Assembly: GCA_025363075.1 (NCBI GenBank)
Contig: JANYEP010000188.1
Location: 1-55,504 of the forward strand
Direction: 5' to 3'
Source of the DNA: Chitinophagaceae bacterium
GTDB lineage: Bacteria; Bacteroidota; Bacteroidia; Chitinophagales; Chitinophagaceae
DNA: 55,504 bases
Shown: one piece after another, positions 38,278 through 47,646 of the stretch
Numbering within the stretch: the stretch's first letter is position 1
Layout: the number at the start of each line of letters is the position of its first letter
Notes under the pieces: model-generated
What the model saw: only the letters and a program-made list of their open reading frames with translations
Databases searched by the model: none
What the model was told of the DNA's origin: nothing
Program-made: the position numbers and the translations under genes

Positions 38278-40317
38278 TTAGAATTGAGCCTTTAATCCAA
38301 AATAAATATTTGTTCCAAGTGTATTAAATCCACTTATTTCTGTGTATTTTGAATTGGCAATATTTCTTGCATTTATAAATGCTCGCACTTTATGAGAACT
38401 AAAAAAAGAAGCGACTGAAAAATATAGGTTGTTAAAGAAATTTGTTGGTGGCTGCTGATATTTTTTTACTATAAAGCCATATTCTGCATAAATATCTAAC
38501 AAAGCATAACTGTTTAAAGTTACATAAGTTGTGGTAAAAGTGTTGTTGTCAAAGTATGCATCTTTTCTTTCTCCAAACCAGCTAAGATTAGCACTTGCAA
38601 ACAATCTTTTTGTTATTTGTGAAGCTAAATTTAAGCCAAAAGTGTGTTTAGGCCTGCGTAAAAGATTGTTGAATGTAGTGTCTTTTCCTGCTCCTGTTTT
38701 TGTGCTAATATTTCCATCAACAAAAGTGTAAGATGTTTTTAACGTAGTATTTTTTGCCAATTTAAAAGAGGCATCAAACTCTACTCCTAAATCTTTTTGC
38801 TTATCCTGATTAATGTATTTTGATTGGTAAGTTGTGTAATCGGTATAAAAGAAAATAACGTCTTTTACATTACGAGAAAATACAACCACTTGTGTTTTTA
38901 TTGCTTTGTCTTCAAAATAATGTTCTAAGCCAAGTTCTGCACTAAACGCAACTTCTGGTTTTAAACTTTTGTTACCATACTCGCTATACAATTGATATAA
39001 ACTTGGTGTGCGATATGCTGAAGAAACATTTGCAAATACTTTAATTTCATCATCAACCTGGTAAGAAGGATTGATATTGAAAACACCATTACCACCATAG
39101 GTTGAATGATTATTGTATCTACCACCAACTTCAACGTTAAAATTTTTGTTATTGCTAAAATTTGCAGCAGCATAAATGCTAACTTGATTTTGTTTAATGC
39201 TATCAGTATTTAAACTTGTTGCATAAGGACCAAATGAACCAAGCGAAAGATAATCCTGTGTTGTTTTAGATGTTCTGAAATCTGCACCAACAGTAAGTTT
39301 CGTGTATTTACCCAAGCCAAAATTTGCATAAGCATCTACAAAATGTTCTGTGCCTTTGTATGAACCTCTTGAATATTTATCAAATCCATTTTGGCTAAGT
39401 GTAGAGTCGTCAATGTATTCTCTTTCTACTTTGTTGTAGTTATACAACACGTTCAATTTTGTTTTGCCAAAAGTCAATTCGCTTTTTAGTCCTGTTTGTA
39501 AACTTTTTTGTGTGTAGGTGTAATCCAGTTCATCAACAAAAGCACCCTGATCTAAACTTCCTTTTAAACTGGTGTAACGAAAATATGGACTGATTAAAAT
39601 GTTTTTTGCAGCCTGAACACCAAAGCCTGCTTGAAAAGATTGTTGTTTATAGCCATCTTTATCAGCATTTGCTGAGGTAGAATTAGCTTCGTTAATTCCA
39701 TCAGTTTTTAAATAGCTGTATCCTGCATAGTAATTAATTGATTTCGTTTTTCCATTAATACCAGCATTTGCATTAACTGTATTATTACTACCATAACTTA
39801 CCAAAGCATTTCCACCAAGTGGTTTTGTTGCCTTATCCCCTTTTTTTGTAATAATATTAATCACACCAGCAATGGCATCACTACCATACAAAGTAGATTG
39901 GCTTCCTTTTAAAATTTCAATTCTTTCAACAAGGTTTACAGATAAATTTCTAATGTCAAAGTTTCCGCCAATACCACTTGCGTCATACACAGGCACACCA
40001 TCAATGGTGATAAGTGTATATGCAACAGATGCTCCACGTAAGTAAATACTTTTGTCCTTACCATAGTTGCTGTTTGCTCCATTTACATACAAGCCTGTTT
40101 GCTCGGTTAAGATTTGTGCTAAATCTTTTCCACCACTTTGTTCAAGCTGTTGCTGCGTAATAACAGTAACCACTTTACCTGTTGCAGAGGTTTTAATGGG
40201 AAACTTTGTTGCCGTAATAACTACTTCATCAAGACTCGACGTTCTTGATGTGTCTTTTTGTGCAAGTGCATTTAATGATGCACCAATTGCAATAAGCGTA
40301 AGAAATTTTTTGCTCAT
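38278..40317 (-). CDS. btuB: TonB-dependent receptor, vitamin B12 transporter BtuB-like
   Basis: Signal peptide; plug-domain motifs (VVITATK..., IEILKGSQSTLYGSDAIAGVINIITKKG); terminal aromatic residue F. A cobalamin riboswitch lies directly upstream. Confidence 0.8.
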   Translation of the reverse strand: MSKKFLTLIAIGASLNALAQKDTSRTSSLDEVVITATKFPIKTSATGKVVTVITQQQLEQSGGKDLAQILTEQTGLYVNGANSNYGKDKSIYLRGASVAYTLITIDGVPVYDASGIGGNFDIRNLSVNLVERIEILKGSQSTLYGSDAIAGVINIITKKGDKATKPLGGNALVSYGSNNTVNANAGINGKTKSINYYAGYSYLKTDGINEANSTSANADKDGYKQQSFQAGFGVQAAKNILISPYFRYTSLKGSLDQGAFVDELDYTYTQKSLQTGLKSELTFGKTKLNVLYNYNKVEREYIDDSTLSQNGFDKYSRGSYKGTEHFVDAYANFGLGKYTKLTVGADFRTSKTTQDYLSLGSFGPYATSLNTDSIKQNQVSIYAAANFSNNKNFNVEVGGRYNNHSTYGGNGVFNINPSYQVDDEIKVFANVSSAYRTPSLYQLYSEYGNKSLKPEVAFSAELGLEHYFEDKAIKTQVVVFSRNVKDVIFFYTDYTTYQSKYINQDKQKDLGVEFDASFKLAKNTTLKTSYTFVDGNISTKTGAGKDTTFNNLLRRPKHTFGLNLASQITKRLFASANLSWFGERKDAYFDNNTFTTTYVTLNSYALLDIYAEYGFIVKKYQQPPTNFFNNLYFSVASFFSSHKVRAFINARNIANSKYTEISGFNTLGTNIYFGLKAQF

Positions 40318-40439
40318 TGTTGTTTGTTTTAAAGATGAAACAATGAGCTTTCGAGAAAACTAAAACGTAGAAATATAAACGACCAGTAAGCCTTTTAATT
40401 TCTGTGCCTTTCGCCCGAAAGCCATGAAATGATTGATAA

Positions 40440-40592
40440 ATCTGGCAGGTCTTCTGACTTAGCATTCACTTCACCTTCCCGTTTTTATACAGTGGTTTTA
40501 TTGAAGTTAAACCTTGCGGTTTTGCTTTACAGCTACGGGGATAGTTCTTGATTTTAACAAGATTCCCTTTTAATTTTCTACGTGAAGTAGAA
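40440..40592 (-). promoter_or_regulatory. Cobalamin (B12) riboswitch aptamer
   Basis: The minus-strand RNA contains AAAAGGGAA, the CCCCGUAGCUGUAA core, ACCACUG and GGGAAGGUGAAG. The B12 box AAGUCAGAAGACCUGCC lies at 40460-40444. Located in the 5' leader of the btuB-like gene. Confidence 0.8.
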
Positions 40593-40738
40593 AAACCAAA
40601 TTCGTTGCAAATGTAGGGTTGTGTTTGATAAGAGGGATTTTTTAAATTGTCTAAAACTACCCTACCCTCATTCAAGGGTGTTAACATCAAATTAATTTTT
40701 CGTTTCTTTACATTCAATTCTATTCAACTTAAAACGAA

Positions 40739-41287
40739 ATGAAAAGCTATTCAAAAATATTAATGTTGTTGATTGTTGTAGTTGCTGTAGCTTCTTGCAA
40801 TAAAAAAATATACTTCACATCTGATGTTAGAAATAAGATTGAAAGCAAGAATATTGACTTGAAAAAATTGCAATATTTTGTTGATAACGATGTACTTTTT
40901 TCGAGAGAGGTTTCATCAGACACAGCTAGAATTTCTGCTGGAAATATTGTTTTTCAAAATGGAAAATATTACCATACTGTTTCATTGAGAGGCAACACAA
41001 AAGGGGTTTGCACTGCTGTTTATCCAGATAGATTGACACTTTCTTTTGAATCGGGCAATAACAAAAACATTGTTTTCACCATACCAAAATCTTTAGGCAG
41101 CTACGACGTTTATCAAATGGTAGATGCAGATATTTATGGCAACGCTACAGGAACTATTTTCTACGATGGGCAAGTTTATAATTTAGTTGTAAAAAATGGT
41201 TATTTGCCAAGGCTAATGATTAGAAAAAGATTGGTGGAAAGAGAAGGTGGAAGTGATAGAACGATGAAGGGATTAAAAGTGAAGTAA
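40739..41287 (+). CDS. Hypothetical lipoprotein
   Basis: Lipobox VASC after a hydrophobic signal peptide. No recognisable domain. Confidence 0.55.
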   Translation: MKSYSKILMLLIVVVAVASCNKKIYFTSDVRNKIESKNIDLKKLQYFVDNDVLFSREVSSDTARISAGNIVFQNGKYYHTVSLRGNTKGVCTAVYPDRLTLSFESGNNKNIVFTIPKSLGSYDVYQMVDADIYGNATGTIFYDGQVYNLVVKNGYLPRLMIRKRLVEREGGSDRTMKGLKVK

Positions 41288-41304
41288 CTTTGTGCTTTCA
41301 CAAT

Positions 41305-41862
41305 ATGCAACTCAAGTCTAATAATTTACAAACAAATGCCTCTAAAAAGCCTATCACATTTTTTCTTATAGGATTAATGGGAACTGGCAAAACACACTTG
41401 GGTAAGGCACTTGCAACAAACAATCATTTTAATTTTATTGATTTAGACACAACTGTTGAAACAAATGTTGGGTTATCTATTTCTCAAATTTTTTCAACAA
41501 AAGGAGAAATTTATTTTAGACAAAAAGAAACAGAATTACTGCAAGAAATTATTTTACATAATAAAAATACCATCGTTGCAACAGGTGGTGGTGTTCCTTG
41601 TTTTAACAATAATATAAAATGGATGAATGAGAATGGCATCACCATTTGGCTTAATAATTCTATTGAAACAATTGTTGAAAGAACTATTGGTGCAAAACTA
41701 TTACGCCCACTGATTGCCAATATTCCCAATCAAAATTTATTTAGTTTTTTTACCAATCAATTAAATGAAAGGAAGGGATTTTACAGCCAAAGTAAGCATT
41801 GCTTGAATGCAGGCGAAATCAACGAAATCAATCTTCAGAAAATCATCAATCTTTATGTATAA
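41305..41862 (+). CDS. aroK: Shikimate kinase
   Basis: Walker A GLMGTGKT and the shikimate-kinase blocks DLD...GEIYFRQKE...ATGGG. Start taken at ATG 41305; the track uses TTG 41290. Confidence 0.85.
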   Translation: MQLKSNNLQTNASKKPITFFLIGLMGTGKTHLGKALATNNHFNFIDLDTTVETNVGLSISQIFSTKGEIYFRQKETELLQEIILHNKNTIVATGGGVPCFNNNIKWMNENGITIWLNNSIETIVERTIGAKLLRPLIANIPNQNLFSFFTNQLNERKGFYSQSKHCLNAGEINEINLQKIINLYV

Positions 41863-42244
41863 AAATATTTTAATAGCAGCTGCTATTTTTGCAGCATTGT
41901 CTGTAGCCCTTGGTGCAATGGGTGCTCACGCCCTTGAAGGTTTGTTAAATGATAGATTTCAAAAAGCATTTGAAACAGCTGCACGTTATCAAATGTATCA
42001 TTCTATTGCACTGGCAATTTGTGGAATTTTACTTTATTTAAAACCAAACAAAATGTTTAGCCTTGCTGCAAAATTATTCATTGCTGGCATCATCTTGTTT
42101 AGTGGTTCTCTATACTTGCTAACCTTTTTTTATTTACAAAAAATAACCTCACTCAACATTGTTGGTGCAATTACACCTTTAGGGGGCTTATGTTTTATTG
42201 CTGGCTGGATTTGCTTTGCATTGGCTGTAAGAAAAATCAATTAA
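41855..42244 (+). CDS. DUF423 family membrane protein
   Basis: GAMGAHAL...ARYQMYHS motif and four TM helices. The ATG at 41855 overlaps the aroK stop (ATGTATAA). Confidence 0.75.
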   Translation: MYKNILIAAAIFAALSVALGAMGAHALEGLLNDRFQKAFETAARYQMYHSIALAICGILLYLKPNKMFSLAAKLFIAGIILFSGSLYLLTFFYLQKITSLNIVGAITPLGGLCFIAGWICFALAVRKIN

Positions 42245-42247
42245 CTT

Positions 42248-43897
42248 TTATTGTGCAATCTTTTCGAGTATTACAGCAGCAAATGTTTGGTCTTCGCTTC
42301 TAAACTCTTTAATCACTTTCATCTTGCCTTCCATTATATTTTTATTAATGTATTCACCCTGCACTTTACCATATTTTGTTGCATAGTGTGAATCCCAGAT
42401 AATAATAGTTCCAGGCTTAGCTTTATCAAGCACGCTATCTCCATAAAACTGGCTACAGCCATTAGGATAATCCCAATTGTTTTTTCCTACGAAAAAGTTC
42501 ATTAAAGCAAGGTCTTGCATAATGAATTTTTTATCAAGTTTATTTTCTAACACATAATCTGTAACTTTTTTCTGCTCATAATTTTCATCGCAACAAAGCT
42601 CTTTTGGGCGAATGTAAATAAGCATTGTAAGCACACACAATGCAGCACTTACTTTCATTACAAGTGCATTTGATTTTATTAATAAAACAACAGCAACTAT
42701 AGCAATAGCAAGCAATACTGGTGTTCTGTCTTTATCGCCTTCAACGTTCATCCCAATCCAGTTGTGATAATAAGTCATATAGCCTGCAACAAGGCACACA
42801 AATGGAATCATAAAAAACCAAAGCACGTTTCGTTTTTCAATGTATTGCATATTGTCAATTGCTTTGGCAGCAAGCACTGCAAGCAATGGAGAGATAACCA
42901 AAACATACCTTAAGTTACCACCAGTTGTAGTAAAAATTGGATATGCTTGCAAATTGAACAAGCAGTGAACAATGAAGAAACCAACGGCTGGAACAACAAT
43001 TGCCCACTCTACTTTTTTTACTTGCTTCGAAATAATTTGGGCAAAATACAACGCAACTAAACCAATAATAACGTGGTTATAAATAGCTCCACTCATAACA
43101 AAAAAATTGTCAAACCCTTGTCGTGGTGCGGTATTGTTAATTGTTTTTGCATAATTGATACTCTCGTGAACAGAGTATAGCCAATCGTGCTTGCCATCTA
43201 CAGGGAAATAAATAAAGCCTACGAGATTATATAAAAGTGAAAATATTCCCAAGCAGAAAAACGAAATCCATTGCTTTCTTTTTAATAAAATAAAAGCGAA
43301 ATAAGGCATCACAAAAACAAACTCTTGACGCAGCAATAACACGTAAGATAAAGTTAATGATGCTACAATATATTTTTCGCAGTAAAATAAATAAAGCCCC
43401 AATACCAACAAAAAAGCTGTGGGAATTTCACTGTAAAATTTATATGCCAACAAAAACCAAAGCGTTTGACTTATTAAGAAAATGAAAGGCAGGGCTGTTT
43501 TCTTTTCAATGATTTTTGAGGCTAGTTTATATGCAAAAAAACCAGCAAATGAAGCAAACAAACAATTAGTAATTAACACACCTTGTTTACCAAAAAGAAC
43601 AGCAATTGGTCCAAAAATTAACTTCCATCCTGTCTTTGGCCAGTTACCCATTAACGCAATTGGCGTGTGTGATAGATTGTGCGAAAAAGCAAGTGCATCC
43701 ATATACTGTGCACCTTCTTCACCCTGATAAAACGATGTGTAGAAAAAAGAAAAACAATAGCTAATAGCAGCAATGAAAAGTGTAATTATTAATGCTTGTT
43801 TATCGTTGATAACAAAAGCATAATTAGAAGACTGTTTCACTTCTTTGATTGTTGCAGTTTCTGTTGTATCCAGTTGTTGTTTATTTTTCTTTGACAT
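42248..43897 (-). CDS. Polytopic membrane protein, possibly a GT-C/ArnT-like glycosyltransferase
   Basis: 549 aa with more than 10 predicted TM helices and a C-terminal soluble domain. The assignment rests on topology only. Confidence 0.35.
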   Translation of the reverse strand: MSKKNKQQLDTTETATIKEVKQSSNYAFVINDKQALIITLFIAAISYCFSFFYTSFYQGEEGAQYMDALAFSHNLSHTPIALMGNWPKTGWKLIFGPIAVLFGKQGVLITNCLFASFAGFFAYKLASKIIEKKTALPFIFLISQTLWFLLAYKFYSEIPTAFLLVLGLYLFYCEKYIVASLTLSYVLLLRQEFVFVMPYFAFILLKRKQWISFFCLGIFSLLYNLVGFIYFPVDGKHDWLYSVHESINYAKTINNTAPRQGFDNFFVMSGAIYNHVIIGLVALYFAQIISKQVKKVEWAIVVPAVGFFIVHCLFNLQAYPIFTTTGGNLRYVLVISPLLAVLAAKAIDNMQYIEKRNVLWFFMIPFVCLVAGYMTYYHNWIGMNVEGDKDRTPVLLAIAIVAVVLLIKSNALVMKVSAALCVLTMLIYIRPKELCCDENYEQKKVTDYVLENKLDKKFIMQDLALMNFFVGKNNWDYPNGCSQFYGDSVLDKAKPGTIIIWDSHYATKYGKVQGEYINKNIMEGKMKVIKEFRSEDQTFAAVILEKIAQ

Positions 43898-43927
43898 TTA
43901 TTAGAGTTTATAAAGACGTTGACAAAT

Positions 43928-46744
43928 TTATAATAATCCCTTCACCACTTCAATTACTTTATCCAAATTGCTTGCATCTTGTCCACCTGCTGTTGCAAGA
44001 TTTTTTTGTCCACCACCACCACCTTTTATGATTGGTGTAATATGTTCTTTAATGATTTTTGGCACTTCAAACCCTTTTGCAACAAGGTTTTCAGATAGTG
44101 CAATTGCAACAGATGCTTTACCTCCAATGTTTGCAGCTAATACAACAACATCATTTTTTGCAATTAATTCAGTTACTAATTTTTTCAATCCATCGGCATT
44201 GCTTAATTCTAAAACTTTACCAATAAATGAAACACCATTTACAGTTTCAACTTGTGTAAGCAATTCTGCTTTTAGTGCTACCAATTGTTTAGCTTCTAAA
44301 CTTTCAATTTTCTTTTTAAGTTCTTTGGTTTCTGCAATTGAATTTTCGATTTGTTTAATCAGTTCTTTAGGATTATTGTATAAATCTTTTATCAAAGACA
44401 ATTGACTAAATGTATTGTTGATATATGCTTCACAAGCTTTACCACTTACAGCCTCAATCCTACGAACGCCAGCAGCCACAGCACTTTCAGCTTTTATTTT
44501 AAAGAAACCAAGTTCACCAGTATTGCCAACGTGTGTACCTCCACAAAGTTCGATACTGTATTTTTCATCCATAATTACTACACGAACTTTATCGCCATAT
44601 TTTTCTCCAAACAAAGCCATTGCACCAAAAGCCACAGCTTCGTCTTTATTCATTTCCTTTATAACAACAGGAATATTCTCTCTTATTTTTTGATTGACGA
44701 TAGCTTCTACTTGTGCAATTTCTTCATCTGTAACTTTTGCAAAATGAGAGAAGTCGAAACGTAAATGCTCGTCATTTACTAAGCTACCTTTTTGGGCAAC
44801 GTGAGTGCCTAAACCCTTACGCAGTGCAGCGTGTAAAAGGTGTGTAGCAGAATGGTTTCTCGTTGTCTCGTTTCTCGTTTCTTTGTTTACGATTGCAATT
44901 ACTTCTTTAGTTAAATCAATATCTTCTGGCAAGGTTTCTACAAAATGAATGATTAAGCCATTTTCTTTTTTTGTATCAACAACCTCTAATTCCAAATTAC
45001 CAATTACTAATTTTCCTTTATCTCCAACTTGTCCACCACTTTCTGCATAAAAAGGAGTTTGAGCTAAAACAATCTGGCATTGTTCTTTACCCTTGCTTGT
45101 TACTTTTCTGTACTGACAAACTTTGGTTGTTGTTTCAAATTGTGTATAGCCAACAAAAGGAATTTCATCAACAGTATTGATAACAATCCAATCGCCTGCA
45201 TCTATTGCTGTTGCTGCACGAGAGCGATTTTTTTGTTGTTGCAACTCTTCTTCAAAACCTTTCATATCGACAGCCCAACCAATTTCACTCGCCATCAAAT
45301 TTATTAAATCTATGGGAAACCCACATCTATCATAAAGCGTAAATGCTACTTTCCCTCTTATTATATTAGGCTGAATTTTTTGCCACATTTTATCATAGTC
45401 ATACCCCTTTTCAATGTTATTATCATCAATAAAGTATATTGTATCTCCAAAAAGTGTATTATACTCTACTTCGGCATCTAATCCTATTTTGTGTCTAGAA
45501 GAAATGTACTCATTGAACAAGGAAATTCCATCATCAAGGGTTCTAAGAAATAATTCTTCTTCGCCGTTTATAATCGTTGCAACAAAATCTTCTTGTGCTT
45601 TTAGTTCAGGAAAAACATTTGCAAATTGGTCTGCCAAAACAGCAACTAATTGTTGTAATAGTGGTTTTTTGTAATCTAAATAAGAATAATAGTAACGAAC
45701 AGCCCTACGCAAAATTCTTCTTATCACATAGCCAGCACCTGTGTTGCTTGGCAATTGCCCATCAGCAATCGTAAAGCTTATTGCACGAATATGGTCTGAT
45801 AAAACCCTGAAAGCAATAGCTTCCTTGCTATCGCTGTAATCATATTTTTTATTGGTAATATTTTCAATGGCTTCTATTGTTACTGTAAACACATCTGTAT
45901 CATAATTTGATGTTTTACCTTGTATCACTCTCACCAATCTTTCAAAGCCCATTCCTGTATCAACGTGCTTTGCTGGCAGGGAAACCAGTTTTGTAAATTC
46001 TAAAACTTTTTTTGCTCTTTCTTGTTTATCGGGAATCGGATTCTCTTTACTCCAAATATCAAACAATGATTTATCAGCCCAAGTTCTTTGAAATTGCATA
46101 AACACATTATTCCATATTTCAATTACCTGTGGATGGTCATTATTTACAAGAGTTGCACCACTTACCAATTTTCTATCTTCATCTGGTCGGCAATCGTAAT
46201 GAATTTCTGTGCATGGTCCACAAGGTCCAGTGTCTCCCATTTCCCAGAAATTGTCTTTTTTATTGCCTAATAAAATTCTATCTTCTGTAGTAACTTTTTT
46301 CCATTCGTTATATGCTTCTTCATCTTTTGGCAAACCCTCTTTATCATCCCCTTCAAAAATGGTTACATACAATCTGTCTTTATCAAGCTTATAAACTTCA
46401 GTCAATAATTCCCAACTCCAGGCAATAGCTTCTTTTTTAAAATAATCACCAAAGCTCCAATTGCCAAGCATTTCAAACATTGTGTGGTGGTAAGTATCTA
46501 CACCCACTTCGTCCAAATCATTGTGTTTGCCACTAACTCGTAAACATTTTTGTGTATCTGCAATTCTAACATTTGATGGTGTTGCATTACCTAAAAAATA
46601 GTCTTTAAAAGGATACATTCCAGCATTGATAAACATTACCCCAGGGTCGTTTTTTACAACTATGGGGGCAGATGGAACAATCTGGTGTCCTTTGCTTTTA
46701 AAAAAATCTAAATATGCTTGTCTAATTTCTGCTGAAGTCTTCAC
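43928..46744 (-). CDS. alaS: Alanine--tRNA ligase
   Basis: MKTSAEIRQAYLDFFKSKGH N-terminus; class II motifs; editing-domain HxxxH (HSATHLLH) and CGGTH; C-terminal DHHA1 GGGGGQ. GTG start with no in-frame ATG upstream. Confidence 0.95.
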   Translation of the reverse strand: MKTSAEIRQAYLDFFKSKGHQIVPSAPIVVKNDPGVMFINAGMYPFKDYFLGNATPSNVRIADTQKCLRVSGKHNDLDEVGVDTYHHTMFEMLGNWSFGDYFKKEAIAWSWELLTEVYKLDKDRLYVTIFEGDDKEGLPKDEEAYNEWKKVTTEDRILLGNKKDNFWEMGDTGPCGPCTEIHYDCRPDEDRKLVSGATLVNNDHPQVIEIWNNVFMQFQRTWADKSLFDIWSKENPIPDKQERAKKVLEFTKLVSLPAKHVDTGMGFERLVRVIQGKTSNYDTDVFTVTIEAIENITNKKYDYSDSKEAIAFRVLSDHIRAISFTIADGQLPSNTGAGYVIRRILRRAVRYYYSYLDYKKPLLQQLVAVLADQFANVFPELKAQEDFVATIINGEEELFLRTLDDGISLFNEYISSRHKIGLDAEVEYNTLFGDTIYFIDDNNIEKGYDYDKMWQKIQPNIIRGKVAFTLYDRCGFPIDLINLMASEIGWAVDMKGFEEELQQQKNRSRAATAIDAGDWIVINTVDEIPFVGYTQFETTTKVCQYRKVTSKGKEQCQIVLAQTPFYAESGGQVGDKGKLVIGNLELEVVDTKKENGLIIHFVETLPEDIDLTKEVIAIVNKETRNETTRNHSATHLLHAALRKGLGTHVAQKGSLVNDEHLRFDFSHFAKVTDEEIAQVEAIVNQKIRENIPVVIKEMNKDEAVAFGAMALFGEKYGDKVRVVIMDEKYSIELCGGTHVGNTGELGFFKIKAESAVAAGVRRIEAVSGKACEAYINNTFSQLSLIKDLYNNPKELIKQIENSIAETKELKKKIESLEAKQLVALKAELLTQVETVNGVSFIGKVLELSNADGLKKLVTELIAKNDVVVLAANIGGKASVAIALSENLVAKGFEVPKIIKEHITPIIKGGGGGQKNLATAGGQDASNLDKVIEVVKGLL

Positions 46745-46745
46745 T

Positions 46746-46809
46746 AAATTTAATGTTTAAAATTTGATGTTTAAAGTTAATGACCAATGACTTTTGACCA
46801 ATGACTTTT
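46746..46809. repeat. Two adjacent 14-bp tandem duplications in the alaS leader/promoter
   Basis: aaatttaatgttta / aaatttgatgttta (46746-46773, one mismatch) and gaccaatgactttt x2 (46782-46809, perfect). Confidence 0.85.
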
Positions 46810-47027
46810 ACAAGGCTGCGAAGATAAGCGTTGAGCTTGTAGTTGGTTGTAACCATTAATATTTTTCAAACGCCAATTAAATATCATCAATTCTAAATTT
46901 TGGTAAAATCAGTTTCACATTTTAAACTAAAGAAACCACCTATTAACGTTTAATTTTTAGTATTACAAAACCATCATAAAATTTTTATGCACATTTTGTT
47001 ATTTCACCACTATTTTTGAAGTTCGTT

Positions 47028-47609
47028 ATGATAGCTTTTGTTAGAGGACATTTTGTTGGAAAATCCCCATCACGTGTAACAGTTGATGTAAATGGTGTAG
47101 GATATGAATTACAAATAAGCCTCAATACTTACGAAGCTATCAGCCAAAAAGAGAACGGCTTTTTACACACTTATTTGCACATTACCGAAAACGCACAAAC
47201 GCTTTTTGGTTTTGAAGAGTTGAAAGAAAAAGAAATGTTCATTCACTTAATTAGCATTTCTGGTGTTGGTGCGTCCACTGCAAGAATGATGTTGAGTGGA
47301 ATGAAACCAAATGAAATTGCTAAATTTATTGTGTCAGGCAGCGTTAACGACTTAATTCGCATCAAGGGGATAGGAAAGAAGACAGCAGAAATGTTGGTTG
47401 TGGGTTTGAGAGACAAATTGAGCGGATTTTTAACAGACAATTACAACCTAACCCATACCCTAAATCCAGTGGAGTTGGATGCCATCAATGCCTTAATAGC
47501 ATTGGGCATTTCGAAACCAATGGCAGAGAAAGCAGTAAATAAAGTAGTGCAAACAAGTAGTGATATTGCAGTACAGGATATTATAAAACAAGCATTAAAA
47601 AATTTATAA
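47028..47609 (+). CDS. ruvA: Holliday junction branch migration complex subunit RuvA
   Basis: MIAFVRGHF...VDVNGVGYEL...ISGVGASTARMML...IKGIGKKTAE HhH motifs. Start taken at ATG 47028. Confidence 0.9.
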   Translation: MIAFVRGHFVGKSPSRVTVDVNGVGYELQISLNTYEAISQKENGFLHTYLHITENAQTLFGFEELKEKEMFIHLISISGVGASTARMMLSGMKPNEIAKFIVSGSVNDLIRIKGIGKKTAEMLVVGLRDKLSGFLTDNYNLTHTLNPVELDAINALIALGISKPMAEKAVNKVVQTSSDIAVQDIIKQALKNL

Positions 47610-47646
47610 GTTATTGGGCATTTCTACCTAACCAAGGTTTCTTTTC

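Noticed and set aside
40229-40717. Track ORFs 40466..40717 (83 aa) and 40229..40465 (78 aa) on the minus strand
   Set aside because: They lie across the cobalamin riboswitch and its expression platform. Their composition is basic and low-complexity, with no start context. The RNA element explains them better.
43968-44764. Plus-strand ORFs of 145 and 120 aa antisense to alaS
   Set aside because: Low-complexity Ser/Phe/Thr-rich translations lying fully inside alaS, judged spurious.
47011-47018. TATTTTTG upstream of ruvA as a Bacteroidota -7 promoter box
   Set aside because: It matches TAnnTTTG, but the nearest upstream TTTG is only about 12 nt away rather than the usual spacing. It also sits 10 nt from the ATG. 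That is too weak to call without TSS data.
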